Source: Pyrinomonadaceae bacterium
GTDB taxonomy: Bacteria; Acidobacteriota; Blastocatellia; Pyrinomonadales; Pyrinomonadaceae
Direction: 5' to 3'
DNA: 64,000 bases
Assembly: GCA_036388775.1 (NCBI GenBank)
Contig: DASVRD010000002.1
Span: forward strand, 1,482-65,481
Below, piece by piece: positions 38,340 to 48,395 of the stretch. How positions within the stretch are numbered: position 1 is the first letter of the stretch; each line of letters starts with the position of its first letter. The translations under genes and the position numbers were made by a program. The notes beneath the pieces were generated by a model, which did no database searches, was not told the DNA's origin, and saw nothing but the letters and a program-made list of their open reading frames with translations.

Positions 38340-39980
38340 TTAGTAGGTTCTTAATTCTCCAACCGGACGGTCGCCCGCTAATCCGAACTGCTGAGATCTG
38401 AAGGTTAAAAAGTTCGGAGAATCTAACCAATAAAAGGTGTTGTTTGTTTGGCGGTAAATCGCTATATCGTATTTACTGTCGCCTCCGAAGTCTCCGGCAA
38501 CGGCAATATCGCGTGTTGTAGCGGTGCCGCCGGGATTGCCAAGGAAGCGAGCCACAAAGCCTGTTCCTCCGTTTTCACGGATATACCAGTAACCATCTCC
38601 GCCATTGCGCCAGACTGCAAAATCTATTCTGGTGTCGCCTAGGAAATCGCCGAGAACATAGTAATCAGTGCTAAAATCACCCCAGGGAAACGAGCTAATC
38701 TGTTGTCCGGTAACGCTGTCGCCCCAAATATAGCTGTCGGGACCGCTAGCATTCTGACGAATAACAACCAAATCCGCCCTGCCATCACCGGTAAAATCGC
38801 CGCCCGCCATCGGAACGTCTTCCGTACTCGTCCCCGTTGCAGAGCCGAAGGCGACCGAGCGCAGGGTATTTGTGGTGCTTGCTCGATAACTCCAGAGCCA
38901 TTGACCATTTACGCGGCGAATCGTCGTCGGATCATCTCTGCCGTCGCCGTCATAATCGGCATCGTAGCCCGCAAAATCGCTGGTCGCACCAAACGGAAAT
39001 GCATTGAGTGCAACCGGATTTGTATGGCGGATATAAAAACGGCTTTCTCCGGCTGTCGAACTTGGTCTCCAAACGCCAATATCCGCACGATTATCAGCAT
39101 CGAAATAGCCCGGTGTTAAAGCATCTGCGGCGGTCAAACCCCAAAAGATGGTTTCTTGACCGGCGCCGCCGTTATTTAAAACTCTCCAAATAACGTTCGT
39201 TCCAGTGCCGTTATAAACGGCGAACGAGCTTTTGCCCGAACCGAAATAATCAAAGAACGGTTTTGCCGCAACCGGCGGATTGGTCGTGACAGTTGTAATA
39301 TCAAGCGCAGCGGCGGAAACGGTGCCGGTATCGCTGGCGCATCCGTCCGTTACACGTAATGTCCAAGTGCCGTTGGCTTGAGCCGGAGTCAGCCCGCCAA
39401 ATGTGGCGTTGAGCGAAGTATTGGCGCCAGTCGAACCGGGACCGCCGCGCTGCGAAGTGCGGTAAGTTCCGCCCGGGATCAGCGTAGTCGGACTTGCCGC
39501 CGCCGCCGCCGCCCACCAACTTGCGGTGGCTGCATCGCTGAATGTGTACTGACCCTCTATCGGTGAGCTGTCACCGGCGCTGGCATTGCTGCCGGGTCCG
39601 ACGGTAGCTCCGGTGTACCCGAATAAGTCAAGCTGCCGTGTGCCGCCGGGAGCTATCAGAATTGCAAGAACGTCCCCGACCCAGGGATGTTCAATTGTTA
39701 AACTTATGGTAACCGCCTGTACGTTGCCGGTTAGACCTGTCACATTAAATGTTACGTCACGCGATGGTCCGGGGGTTTGACAATTCGGTTGTGCGCTCGT
39801 GCTGTCAGGAATTGCTCCGAGGTTTGTCCCGGTAAAAGTCACTTGAGGCGATGCTAAAACCGGCATGGTTGAAGCAATAAAAAACGCCAGGCTCAATAGC
39901 GCGGCGACTCCGAATTTGTACGAATTTTTCAAAAGTTTAAAACTTTGGTCAAAAGGCTGTGTGTTCATTACGCTCCTCAT
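38340..39980 (-). CDS. secreted protein with proprotein-convertase P-domain-like module and FG-GAP/VCBS repeats
   Basis: 546 aa. Signal peptide, LTIEHPWVGDVLAILIAPGGT (P-domain-like). Repeats DFTGDGRADLVV, GDFLGDTRIDFAVWR, GDFGGDSKYDIAIYR. Confidence 0.65.
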   Translation of the reverse strand: MRSVMNTQPFDQSFKLLKNSYKFGVAALLSLAFFIASTMPVLASPQVTFTGTNLGAIPDSTSAQPNCQTPGPSRDVTFNVTGLTGNVQAVTISLTIEHPWVGDVLAILIAPGGTRQLDLFGYTGATVGPGSNASAGDSSPIEGQYTFSDAATASWWAAAAAASPTTLIPGGTYRTSQRGGPGSTGANTSLNATFGGLTPAQANGTWTLRVTDGCASDTGTVSAAALDITTVTTNPPVAAKPFFDYFGSGKSSFAVYNGTGTNVIWRVLNNGGAGQETIFWGLTAADALTPGYFDADNRADIGVWRPSSTAGESRFYIRHTNPVALNAFPFGATSDFAGYDADYDGDGRDDPTTIRRVNGQWLWSYRASTTNTLRSVAFGSATGTSTEDVPMAGGDFTGDGRADLVVIRQNASGPDSYIWGDSVTGQQISSFPWGDFSTDYYVLGDFLGDTRIDFAVWRNGGDGYWYIRENGGTGFVARFLGNPGGTATTRDIAVAGDFGGDSKYDIAIYRQTNNTFYWLDSPNFLTFRSQQFGLAGDRPVGELRTY

Positions 39981-40204
39981 AATTTATGTAATTCCTTTTT
40001 CCGAATTACTGCTCGAACTTTGTTTTTATGGGTTGTATTTCACCGCGCAGCGAGGTTTGAGTTTTTGCGTTTCAAGGAGAAACCAAGAATCTGCGTTGTG
40101 AATAACAACTATATTTTTGCTCGGAAAACAAAAGCAAATTTGGCGAAAAGATAGAACGAATCGCGCTTTTTGTCAATTATTACCGATGTTTTGACAAAAA
40201 GCGG

Positions 40205-40438
40205 TTATTCTTTATTTCCGCCGAACATACCGCCCAGATTGCCGAGCATTCCTCTGGCTTGATCCATCATTCCGCTCGAACCGGTTTCGCCGCCCTGCAC
40301 CGCGCCGTCCAATGCGCCCGCGACCGGAGCCGGAAGACGTTCTTTCAAAAAGCCGATCACGGTTTCGGCGGCGGTGCGCGCTTGCTCCTGTGAAAGCCCG
40401 GTTCTTTCGGCGACGCGGTTGACCAGTTCATCAAGCAT
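40205..40438 (-). CDS. small hypothetical protein (77 aa), helical N-terminus and Gly/Met-rich tail
   Basis: MLDELVNRVAERTGLSQEQARTAAETVIGFLKERLP... Codon usage resembles neighbouring genes. No family assigned with confidence. Confidence 0.5.
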   Translation of the reverse strand: MLDELVNRVAERTGLSQEQARTAAETVIGFLKERLPAPVAGALDGAVQGGETGSSGMMDQARGMLGNLGGMFGGNKE

Positions 40439-40735
40439 TTGGCAAATATTCTCCTAATTGATTGAAATAAAAACGAGAGAGAATCAATGATTATGCCAAT
40501 TATCGAATGAAGTCAATAGTTTTTGTCAAACAAGAGTTAAATTGCGTCTTTCGCGGTTTAATTCGTTGAAAAACGAAAAGCACAACGGCAAAGGACGCGA
40601 AGGTTTTACGCAAAGGACGCAAAAAAGATTTAGTTTATTTTTGTCGTCTGCTTTACATTGCAATCGTTCTCTTAATTAGAAACAATTTTCAATAAATATT
40701 GACGATTCGCCGCGCTTGGCTGACAATCTGTTTGA

Positions 40736-41629
40736 ATGTCGGTTTTGCTGATTTTTATTGACGGGCTTGGAATCGGGCGACGCGACGAGCAGACAAATCC
40801 GTTAGCAAATTTGCCTGCTGCCGCGCCGCTCGCCGTTTTTCAAGACGAAAACGAGCCGGCTTACCGCGACGGAATTTTAATCCGAACCGACCCGCGACTC
40901 GGCGTCGAAGGCAGACCGCAAAGCGCGTCCGGGCAAACGACGATTCTGACGGGCTTTAACGCGCCGGGCTTTTTGGGCTATCACAAACAAGGTTTTCCAA
41001 ACGCGGCGATGCGCGAGATTATCGCCGAACGCTCGATATTTTTGCAGCTCGAAGACTTAGGAATCGAGCCGAATACATTCGCCAACGCTTACACGCCGCA
41101 GTTTTTTGAAGAAGAACCGCGCTGGAAATCCGCCACGACCTGCGCCGTCGAAGCCTCGACCGTCCGTTTTAAAACGCTCGACGATTTAAAACGCGGCGAA
41201 GCGGTTTTTCACGATTTTACGAACCGTCTATTGCGGGAACGCGGGTTCGATTTTCCGCTGCAAACGGCGGAAAAGGCGGCGCAATCGTTAGCGCGGCTCG
41301 CCGAGAAAAATCGTTTCACGCTTTACGAGCATTTTTTAACCGATAAAATCGGACACGCCCAAGATTGGATGGCGGCGTGCCGACATCTGCCGGAATTGGC
41401 AAAATTCGTTCGCACGGTTTTGGACGAGATTGATTTAAACGAAACTACCGTTTTGCTGACCAGCGATCACGGGAACATCGAAGATTTATCAATCAAGAAT
41501 CACACTTTAAACGATGTGCCGACGCTTCTCTGGGGACGAAAAAAAGAATTCTGCGCTGAACGAATCCGAACTCTTGCCGACATCACGCCCGCGATTGTCG
41601 AAACTTTGAAAAATGAGCGAATTTCCTAA
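40736..41629 (+). CDS. alkaline-phosphatase-superfamily metalloenzyme (cofactor-independent phosphomutase-like)
   Basis: 297 aa. N-terminal LLIFIDGLGIG and C-terminal LLTSDHGN metal-site-like motifs. Substrate not inferable. Confidence 0.5.
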   Translation: MSVLLIFIDGLGIGRRDEQTNPLANLPAAAPLAVFQDENEPAYRDGILIRTDPRLGVEGRPQSASGQTTILTGFNAPGFLGYHKQGFPNAAMREIIAERSIFLQLEDLGIEPNTFANAYTPQFFEEEPRWKSATTCAVEASTVRFKTLDDLKRGEAVFHDFTNRLLRERGFDFPLQTAEKAAQSLARLAEKNRFTLYEHFLTDKIGHAQDWMAACRHLPELAKFVRTVLDEIDLNETTVLLTSDHGNIEDLSIKNHTLNDVPTLLWGRKKEFCAERIRTLADITPAIVETLKNERIS

Positions 41630-42959
41630 AAACGACCGCCGCGAGATTTTCGGCTGGGTGATGTACGACTGGGCGAATTCGGCTTTTTTGACGACCGTTA
41701 TCAGCGTTCTCGCCGGACCGTATTTAACCGCGCTGGCGCAAAACGCTCTCGGCGACGAAAACGGCGTGATTTTCGATCTGGGCTGGTTAGGTGCCGTGAC
41801 AGCTAAATCGCTTTTTCCGTTTGCCATTTCGCTTTCGGTTTTCGGACAGGTTTTTCTGCTACCGTTTTTGGGCGCGATTGCCGATTACACGCACTTGAAA
41901 AAAACATTTATGATGTTTTTCTGCGCCGTCGGCGTCATGGCGGGCAGCGCTTTGTTTTTTATCGAAGGCAATCTTTATCTGCTCGGAAGCCTCCTGATTA
42001 TAGTTTCAAATCTGGCGATGGGCGGCACGCTCGTTTTTTACAACGCTTTCCTGGGCGACATCTGCACCGACGATCAGCGCGACAAAGTTTCGAGTCGCGG
42101 TTTTGCCGTCGGTTATCTGGGCGGCGGTTTAATGCTGCTTTTTAATTTGCTGCTGTTAAATAACGCCGGAAATCTCGGCATCACGCAGGGTTTCGCCGTG
42201 CGTTTGTCGTTTCTAATCGCCGCGCTCTGGTGGGGCGGATTCGCTTTAATCGCTTTTGCATTGCTCAAACAGCGCGGCGCATCGAGACAGACAACGAAAA
42301 AAGAAAATTATATTTTTCTCGCTTTTCGAGAACTCGCCGTCACTTTTAAAGATTTATACAAACTGCGGCAAACCGCGCGTTTTCTCATAGCTTATCTGCT
42401 TTACAATGACGGAATTCAAACCGTGATTAACGTTTCTTCACTGTTTCTCGCGCAGGAATTATTCGAATCGCGCGGCGTTCCGGCTGACAATGTTTTTTTG
42501 CTGATGATTTTTCTGCTCGCGCAATTTATGGCAATGGTCGGCAGCTTTGCTTTTGAATTTTTGGCAAGAAAAATCGGCGCGAAATATTCGATTTTAGTTT
42601 CGCTCGTCATCTGGGCGGCAATTGTCATTTACGCTTACGCAGTTTTAAATACGATTTCCGAAGCGTGGATTATGGGCGCGGCAATCGGTTTTGTTTTGGG
42701 CGGCTCGCAGGCGCTTTCGCGCTCGCTGTTTTCCCGAATGATTCCCGAAGGCAGGGAATCTGCGTTCTTTTCGATTTACGAAATCTCAGAACGCGGCACT
42801 TCGTGGATCGGACCGCTCGTTTTCGGCGCGGTCGCGGCGGCGACAAATTCTTATCGCCATGCAATTCTCGCGCTCATCGCATTTTTCGTTATCGGAATGA
42901 TTCTGCTTTTTCTGACCGACACCGACAAAGCCGTCGCGCAAGCGAAAGAAGCAATTTGA
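41613..42959 (+). CDS. MFS transporter (UMF1/Atg22-like)
   Basis: 448 aa. About 12 TM helices, N-terminal FGWVMYDWANSAF typical of this subfamily. 17-nt overlap with the upstream gene. Confidence 0.75.
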   Translation: MSEFPKNDRREIFGWVMYDWANSAFLTTVISVLAGPYLTALAQNALGDENGVIFDLGWLGAVTAKSLFPFAISLSVFGQVFLLPFLGAIADYTHLKKTFMMFFCAVGVMAGSALFFIEGNLYLLGSLLIIVSNLAMGGTLVFYNAFLGDICTDDQRDKVSSRGFAVGYLGGGLMLLFNLLLLNNAGNLGITQGFAVRLSFLIAALWWGGFALIAFALLKQRGASRQTTKKENYIFLAFRELAVTFKDLYKLRQTARFLIAYLLYNDGIQTVINVSSLFLAQELFESRGVPADNVFLLMIFLLAQFMAMVGSFAFEFLARKIGAKYSILVSLVIWAAIVIYAYAVLNTISEAWIMGAAIGFVLGGSQALSRSLFSRMIPEGRESAFFSIYEISERGTSWIGPLVFGAVAAATNSYRHAILALIAFFVIGMILLFLTDTDKAVAQAKEAI

Positions 42960-43113
42960 AAACCCTGCTATCGTTTTACCGTTATTTTTTCATGGCGGGA
43001 AATTATCGCTCTAAAAATTATTTTTTTGTATTTGTTTGAACGCAACCTTTAACGGTTTCAATCGTAACTAAACCTCAAGAAATACCGATTCTGAAATAGA
43101 TAATCCAAGCCCA

Positions 43114-43968
43114 ATGAAAATTTACCGCATTTTGTTGATTCTATTTTTTATTTGCCAAATTAGCGTTGCAGCCCAAAACGATTCGGCTCTAAATGAAGTC
43201 GTCGCCGCCGAAAAAGCGTTTGCGGCGATGGCGGCGGAGAAAGGAACGAATCCGGCATTTGTCGAATACGCCGCGCCGGAAGGTTTGGTTTTTAATCAAA
43301 AGCCGGTCAACGCTCGCGATTTTTACGGAAAACGCCCGGCAAATTCTTCACTGTTGGCTTGGTCGCCGAACTTTGCGGGAATTTCTTATACCGGCGAGCT
43401 TGGTTTTACGACCGGAAACTGGTCATTTCACCCGAAAGGCAAAACCGACGCGCCGACGGCTTTTGGTGAATTTGCCACCGTTTGGAAACGGCAGCCGGAC
43501 GGAAAATATAAATTTGTCGTTGATATGGGAATCCAGCACGCCAAATACGAAACCGAAATTGTTCCGCAAACGCCTTTTCTTGCGGGCAAAGCCGATAAAA
43601 AATCGGATGCGCAAAACTGGCAAAAGTTGGAAAACGATTTTGCAGATTCACTCAAAAAAAACGGCATAGTAAAGACTTACGACAGACTTTTGGCGGAAAA
43701 TTCGCGGCTGCTGCGTGAAAATCATTTTCCGTTTGTCGGCAGAAAAGAAGCTCTACGAGCCGTTTCGATAGAAAAATATTCTTTAAACTCAAAACCGATT
43801 AACGGCGAGCTTTCCGGCGATTTTGCTTACGCTTACGGCGAATACGAATTGACCGATTCGACAAACAAAGCCCAACACGGATTTTATCTGCGCGTCTGGA
43901 AACAAACCGCAAAGGGCTGGCAAATCGCGCTTGACGTGCTGCATCCGGCGCCGCCAGCCAAAAATTAA
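43114..43968 (+). CDS. secreted protein with two NTF2-like (DUF4440/SnoaL-like) halves
   Basis: 284 aa. Signal peptide, then repeated pattern AEKAFAAMAAEKG...FATVWKRQPDGKYKFV and ...GFYLRVWKQTAKGWQIALDV. Confidence 0.5.
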   Translation: MKIYRILLILFFICQISVAAQNDSALNEVVAAEKAFAAMAAEKGTNPAFVEYAAPEGLVFNQKPVNARDFYGKRPANSSLLAWSPNFAGISYTGELGFTTGNWSFHPKGKTDAPTAFGEFATVWKRQPDGKYKFVVDMGIQHAKYETEIVPQTPFLAGKADKKSDAQNWQKLENDFADSLKKNGIVKTYDRLLAENSRLLRENHFPFVGRKEALRAVSIEKYSLNSKPINGELSGDFAYAYGEYELTDSTNKAQHGFYLRVWKQTAKGWQIALDVLHPAPPAKN

Positions 43969-44037
43969 AATCTCTGCGGCTTTGCTTTCTCCGCGTCGTT
44001 TGCGTGAAAATTGTAATTCCGCCCGGCGAGGCGCGAA

Positions 44038-45039
44038 TTGAGAAAAGTGAATCCGCAAAAAACAAAAGAAATTTCAAATTGTTTCGCCCAAACGGTCGAA
44101 TTATTGCGGCTCGAAGCTGCGGCAATCGAACAAGCCGCCAACCGTTTGGAAAAAGAAACGATTGAGCGGGCGATTAATTTGCTGATTGATTGCCCCGGCA
44201 AAATCGTCGTTCTCGGCGTCGGCAAATCGGGCGTTATCGGGCAGAAAATCGCGCAGACGCTGACCAGCACCGGAACGGTCGCGATATTCGTTCATCCTTC
44301 AGACGCGATGCACGGCGGTCTGGGCGTTATTACCAGCGGAGACGTTGCAATCACTCTTTCAAACAGCGGCGAAACGGACGAGATTTTACAGCTTTTGCCC
44401 GCTTTAAAATCCAGACAAGTTTCGATTATCGCCATCATCGGAAACATTGATTCGACTCTGGCGCGGAATGCGGAAATCGTTTTAGACGCTTCGGTTGACA
44501 AAGAAGCCTGCCCGCTCAATCTCGCGCCGACCGCTTCGACAACCGTCGCGCTGGCAATCGGCGACGCGCTGGCGATGGCTCTGATGCAGTGCAAAAATTG
44601 GACGGCTGAAGATTTTGCGGCGAATCATCCTGCCGGGCGTTTGGGCAAGCGTTTGAGCGTTCGCGTTCGGGATTTAATGCACGAAAGTCCGAATGTTTCG
44701 CCCGCCGCAAATTGGCTCGAAGTCGTTTCGGAAATCAGCCGATTCGCGCTCGGCGCGGTCAATGTCGTTGACGACCAAAACCGGCTTGTCGGCATCATAA
44801 CCGACGGCGATTTGCGCCGGACGGTTGAGCGAATCGAACCGGAAGATTTGAGAAAATTGACCGCCGCCGAAATGATGACCGGCAAACCGATTGTCGCAAA
44901 GCCGCCGATGCTCGCTTTTGACGCTTTGCAATTAATGGAAAACCGCCCTCGTCAAATCGCGGTTTTGCCGGTTGTCGGCGAAAACGGCGAAGCAATCGGT
45001 TTGCTCAGATTGCACGACATCGTTCGCGCCGGATTGTAG
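44038..45039 (+). CDS. kdsD: KpsF/GutQ family arabinose-5-phosphate isomerase (SIS + 2 CBS domains)
   Basis: 333 aa. GKIVVLGVGKSGVIGQKIAQTLTSTG, SNSGETDE, and a C-terminal CBS pair. Confidence 0.8.
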   Translation: MRKVNPQKTKEISNCFAQTVELLRLEAAAIEQAANRLEKETIERAINLLIDCPGKIVVLGVGKSGVIGQKIAQTLTSTGTVAIFVHPSDAMHGGLGVITSGDVAITLSNSGETDEILQLLPALKSRQVSIIAIIGNIDSTLARNAEIVLDASVDKEACPLNLAPTASTTVALAIGDALAMALMQCKNWTAEDFAANHPAGRLGKRLSVRVRDLMHESPNVSPAANWLEVVSEISRFALGAVNVVDDQNRLVGIITDGDLRRTVERIEPEDLRKLTAAEMMTGKPIVAKPPMLAFDALQLMENRPRQIAVLPVVGENGEAIGLLRLHDIVRAGL

Positions 45040-45059
45040 CCGGATTGTAAAGGAGATTT

Positions 45060-45731
45060 ATGAAAAGAAAATTGCTTTTTGTTTTTGCGATTCTTTTATT
45101 TTCAAGCAGTTTTGCCCGCGCGCAGAACCCGCCGGAAATAACCGTCACGCTCAGCGAGCAGTTTTTGAACTCTTTTCTCGACGCGGTTTTTACCAATCTC
45201 GACACGCCGACGTTTCAACTGTCCAAAGCCGAAAATCCAAATCCCAAAATCGAAAAAGTAAAATTTGAAAAAGCAAAATGCGTCGAATCAATCACTTTGC
45301 AGCGCGAAATGAACGGCGTTCGAACTTCGGTGAGAATTGCGGACGGAAAAATTCTCGCTCCGCTCGCTTTTACGGGCAATTACGACATCCCGTTTGTCGG
45401 CTGCACTAATTTTAAAGGCTGGGCTGAGGCGGATTTGAATATCGAATACGACGCCGCCAAACAAACGCTGTTCGGGCGCGTCAAAGTCAACAAAGTTGAT
45501 TTAAACGGAGTTCCCGGAATTGCGAGCGGCGTGGTCGGCAAGTTTGTGCAAGGCTCGATTGATAAAAAAGTAAATCCGCTCGAAATTCTCAAAGCGGAGC
45601 AGATTTCAGCCATTGTTCCGGTGCAGTATGCCAAGGGCGCAATCAAACTAAAAGCGACGAATATGCGAACCGAAGTCATCGGAAATGCGCTAAACGTCCG
45701 AGTAGCTTTTGAATTCTCCAAAGCTCAATGA
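45060..45731 (+). CDS. secreted hypothetical protein
   Basis: 223 aa. Signal peptide MKRKLLFVFAILLFSSSFARAQ. 20 nt downstream of kdsD. Confidence 0.6.
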   Translation: MKRKLLFVFAILLFSSSFARAQNPPEITVTLSEQFLNSFLDAVFTNLDTPTFQLSKAENPNPKIEKVKFEKAKCVESITLQREMNGVRTSVRIADGKILAPLAFTGNYDIPFVGCTNFKGWAEADLNIEYDAAKQTLFGRVKVNKVDLNGVPGIASGVVGKFVQGSIDKKVNPLEILKAEQISAIVPVQYAKGAIKLKATNMRTEVIGNALNVRVAFEFSKAQ

Positions 45732-45749
45732 GACTCATCATAAAAAGGT

Positions 45750-46448
45750 TTATCCGAAAAGAATCGTTGACAGCAAATTATTTGTCGAGTGAAGGATGAC
45801 GCACGCCCAGAGCGATTGAGCGCGTTTGAACAAAAATCCCAGCAGCAATCCGAGAAATAGTATTTCCGCCATTGCTACCATTTTATCGGGCAGAAGCGGC
45901 GCTTTGCCGATGATAATCCAACCGGGAAAATGAATGGCGACGAAAAGAGTCGCCGTCAACAGATTTGCTATCCAGAAATTCATAAAGCGCTCAAACGCTT
46001 GCAGCAAAAAACCGCGAAACGCGATTTCTTCAATGAGCGTAGCTACTGTCAGCGCTGTAAACCACGCTTCGAGCGGTACAAGCTTCGGATTGCTGCCGCC
46101 GTTTGCCAATATAATTCTCGCTAACACAAGCATTGTGTAACCGATACTCGCAACGACTCCGCACAAAATCCCGCTTCTGATGTTTTTATCGAGCTTTAGA
46201 AAAGAAATCGGTTTTTCGCCGATAACGAATGTTAGAAGAAGAAAAACGGGCGCGACAAAAATGCAGATACGAATAAATTCATTGAGAAATATTCGTGCCG
46301 GAAGATTTCCGATGCTGATAACCGATGGGTAAACAGTCGAAACATAAACAGTCCATAGCCCGAAAATCAGCGCGAGATAGACGATGGCGCAAAATAAAAA
46401 TATCCAATTGAAGGGATGAATCGTTGCTAAATACCTGTTGTTATCCAT
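45750..46448 (-). CDS. CPBP family intramembrane glutamic endopeptidase (CAAX protease-like)
   Basis: 232 aa. Multiple TM helices, EEIAFRGFL, FVAIHF, HSTNN. Confidence 0.8.
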   Translation of the reverse strand: MDNNRYLATIHPFNWIFLFCAIVYLALIFGLWTVYVSTVYPSVISIGNLPARIFLNEFIRICIFVAPVFLLLTFVIGEKPISFLKLDKNIRSGILCGVVASIGYTMLVLARIILANGGSNPKLVPLEAWFTALTVATLIEEIAFRGFLLQAFERFMNFWIANLLTATLFVAIHFPGWIIIGKAPLLPDKMVAMAEILFLGLLLGFLFKRAQSLWACVILHSTNNLLSTILFG

Positions 46449-46464
46449 AATTTGTGTTGGAACA

Positions 46465-46488
46465 AAAGGCGCGAAAGCTCGCGCCTTT
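46465..46488 (-). terminator. rho-independent terminator of the merR operon
   Basis: aaaggcgcg / cgcgccttt stem. On the minus strand it is followed by ttttgtt. 30 nt after the stop of 46518-47045. Confidence 0.65.
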
Positions 46489-46517
46489 AACCGTACTTAT
46501 CGCATTCGCTCTTCGTT

Positions 46518-47045
46518 TTAAGGTTTATCTATTTCCAGAGAATCGCCGGTTTTGTGGTCTTCGATTTGAAACTTCATAAAATCGTGAATTGCCGCCAATG
46601 CCTCGGCGTTTTTGGTTGAAAGACGGACTCGCGCGCCGCTTTCTACTTCCTCATATTCGTAATCTATTTCTTTCGCGAGTCGCTTCATAACCGCTACTCC
46701 CGGAGGCACTTTGCCGTGAGTCAGAAACGGAGCTTCAAAATTTCCAGTCGGAAACTCTTTCGAAATATGCTCCAGATGTTTCCTGATTTGTTCCAAGCTT
46801 TCTTTGTCACCCGCGTTGTTAGCTCTGACTTCGATTGCGCCGCCATTTGTTAAGAGGCGAAAACGATGCGTTGTTTTCGTGTGCGAAAATCCCATTGCAT
46901 AATCTCCGCGTTCGTTCACTTCCGTGTGGTGCCGGTCGTGATTTTTTTTGTCATGCTGCTTCGCTTGTTGCGAAAAACAAGCCGTGCCGGAAAAAATGAC
47001 TGACAAAATCAAAAGGCTCATTCCTGAACGAATGCTAAATTTCAT
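46518..47045 (-). CDS. secreted His-rich protein, unknown function (putative metal-binding)
   Basis: 175 aa. Signal peptide, then QHDKKNHDRHHTEVNERGDYAMGFSHTKTTHRF. 11 nt downstream of the MerR gene. Confidence 0.6.
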   Translation of the reverse strand: MKFSIRSGMSLLILSVIFSGTACFSQQAKQHDKKNHDRHHTEVNERGDYAMGFSHTKTTHRFRLLTNGGAIEVRANNAGDKESLEQIRKHLEHISKEFPTGNFEAPFLTHGKVPPGVAVMKRLAKEIDYEYEEVESGARVRLSTKNAEALAAIHDFMKFQIEDHKTGDSLEIDKP

Positions 47046-47056
47046 ATCACTCCTTA

Positions 47057-47533
47057 TTACTTTGATTTTTTTTGCAGAGAACGATAACGAAATTTGGAAT
47101 TTTTGGCTGTTTGCACGCCGGAAATAGTTTCGAGCAAAAGAGCGGAATCACCGTTTGTAGTTTCGGCTAATCTCGCATCCCAATCTTTTGTAATTGCCTG
47201 AAGCGTTTGCCGCAAAACGAGCATTTCCTTGATATGTCGTTCCAATTCGGCAAGCTTTGCGGCAGCCAGGTCGCGTGCCGCCTGGCACGGCGGATTGCCC
47301 TTGTCGCGTTCTTGAAAGAGACGAGCTAATTCGTCAAGCGTAAAACCGACGGCGAGCGCCCGGCGCGCCATTTGCACCCGTTCGACCGTTTCGACGGAAT
47401 ACAAACGATAACCGTTAACAGCTCGCTTTGCGCGAGCAATCACGCCTTTGCGCTCATAATGACGCACGGTATCGCAGCTTACGCCAGCCGCCGTCGCCAA
47501 TTCGCCAATAAACATCAAATTTTTATCGTTCAT
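47057..47533 (-). CDS. MerR family transcriptional regulator
   Basis: 158 aa. IGELATAAGVSCDTVRHYERKGVI...GYRLY, plus a coiled dimerisation helix. Confidence 0.85.
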   Translation of the reverse strand: MNDKNLMFIGELATAAGVSCDTVRHYERKGVIARAKRAVNGYRLYSVETVERVQMARRALAVGFTLDELARLFQERDKGNPPCQAARDLAAAKLAELERHIKEMLVLRQTLQAITKDWDARLAETTNGDSALLLETISGVQTAKNSKFRYRSLQKKSK

Positions 47534-47548
47534 TGCTGTACTCCGAGA

Positions 47549-47580
47549 AGTATAAAGGTTGGAATCGGTTCCAGAGTCAA
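47549..47580 (-). promoter_or_regulatory. MerR-type promoter with long spacer and internal dyad operator
   Basis: Minus strand: TTGACT-ctggaaccgattccaacctt-TATACT. The spacer is 18-20 nt depending on which -10 hexamer is used, and it contains the dyad TGGAA-CCGA-TTCCA (47560-47573). It lies 16 nt upstream of the merR ATG. Confidence 0.55.
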
Positions 47581-47669
47581 GCGAGAAATTTCATTGATAA
47601 CAAACTATTTTCATTCTGTGCAAAGCCGTAATTCTAAAATTGTCCGGCTCGCCTTTGCATCAAAAAAAG

Positions 47670-48395
47670 TTATCCGAATTTTTGCTTCAATTGCGCGGCG
47701 TAGCGGCGGCTGACCGTGAGTGGCTCGCGGTTGTTTTGCAGATAAATCTGATACGAGCGATTAAACCAGCTTTCCAGCCGCTCGACGCATTCGAGATTAA
47801 TGATCGAAGTGCGGTGAATGCGAATAAAATGCTTTTCCGGCAATCTCGTTTCCCATTCGCGGAGAGGTTTTTCCGCCAACAATTTCTTTCCTTCAATTGT
47901 AAAAACTTCGGAATAATCGCCCGCCGCCAAAATGTGCGAGATGCGATTGATTTTTAGAAAAACCGAGCGCCCGCTCATCTCCAAAAGCAAGCGATCGTCA
48001 AACGCCAAAGGTCGAAGATTGTTCGCCGCCGATTTTTCATTTTTTACGATTTTTTCAATCGCTTTTTTTAGCCTTTCGGGATTTACGGGTTTGAGCAGGT
48101 AATCAAGAGCGTTAACTTCAAAAGCGCGAATCGCGTAAGCGTCAAATGCCGTGACGAAAACCGTTTTGAAGTCAGCCGATTCGACTTGTTCGAGCAAATC
48201 AAAGCCGGTTTCATTGGTCAGTTGAATATCGAGAAAAACGATTGTCGGTTGTTTGTTCTCAATCAAATCCAGCGCCTGACTCACCGAATCCGCTTCGCCG
48301 ACGATTTCTACTTCCGCAAAATCAGCCAGCAGCGAGCGCAGCTCTCTGCGAGCGAGCCGTTCGTCATCAACTATTAATGCTTTTAGTTTCGTCAT
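47670..48395 (-). CDS. LytR/AlgR (LytTR) family response regulator
   Basis: 241 aa. ALIVDDE...TIVFLDIQLTNETG...LLKP, and LytTR C-terminus FIRIHRTSIINLECV. Confidence 0.85.
   Translation of the reverse strand: MTKLKALIVDDERLARRELRSLLADFAEVEIVGEADSVSQALDLIENKQPTIVFLDIQLTNETGFDLLEQVESADFKTVFVTAFDAYAIRAFEVNALDYLLKPVNPERLKKAIEKIVKNEKSAANNLRPLAFDDRLLLEMSGRSVFLKINRISHILAAGDYSEVFTIEGKKLLAEKPLREWETRLPEKHFIRIHRTSIINLECVERLESWFNRSYQIYLQNNREPLTVSRRYAAQLKQKFG

Noticed and set aside
40541-40625. Possible ninth hairpin element (ttgcgtctttcgcgg ... cgaaggttttacgcaaaggacgcaa with CAAAGGACGC x2)
   Set aside because: The arms pair only loosely and the unit is not clearly 7 nt. It is mentioned in the family finding as a candidate but is not annotated as a feature.
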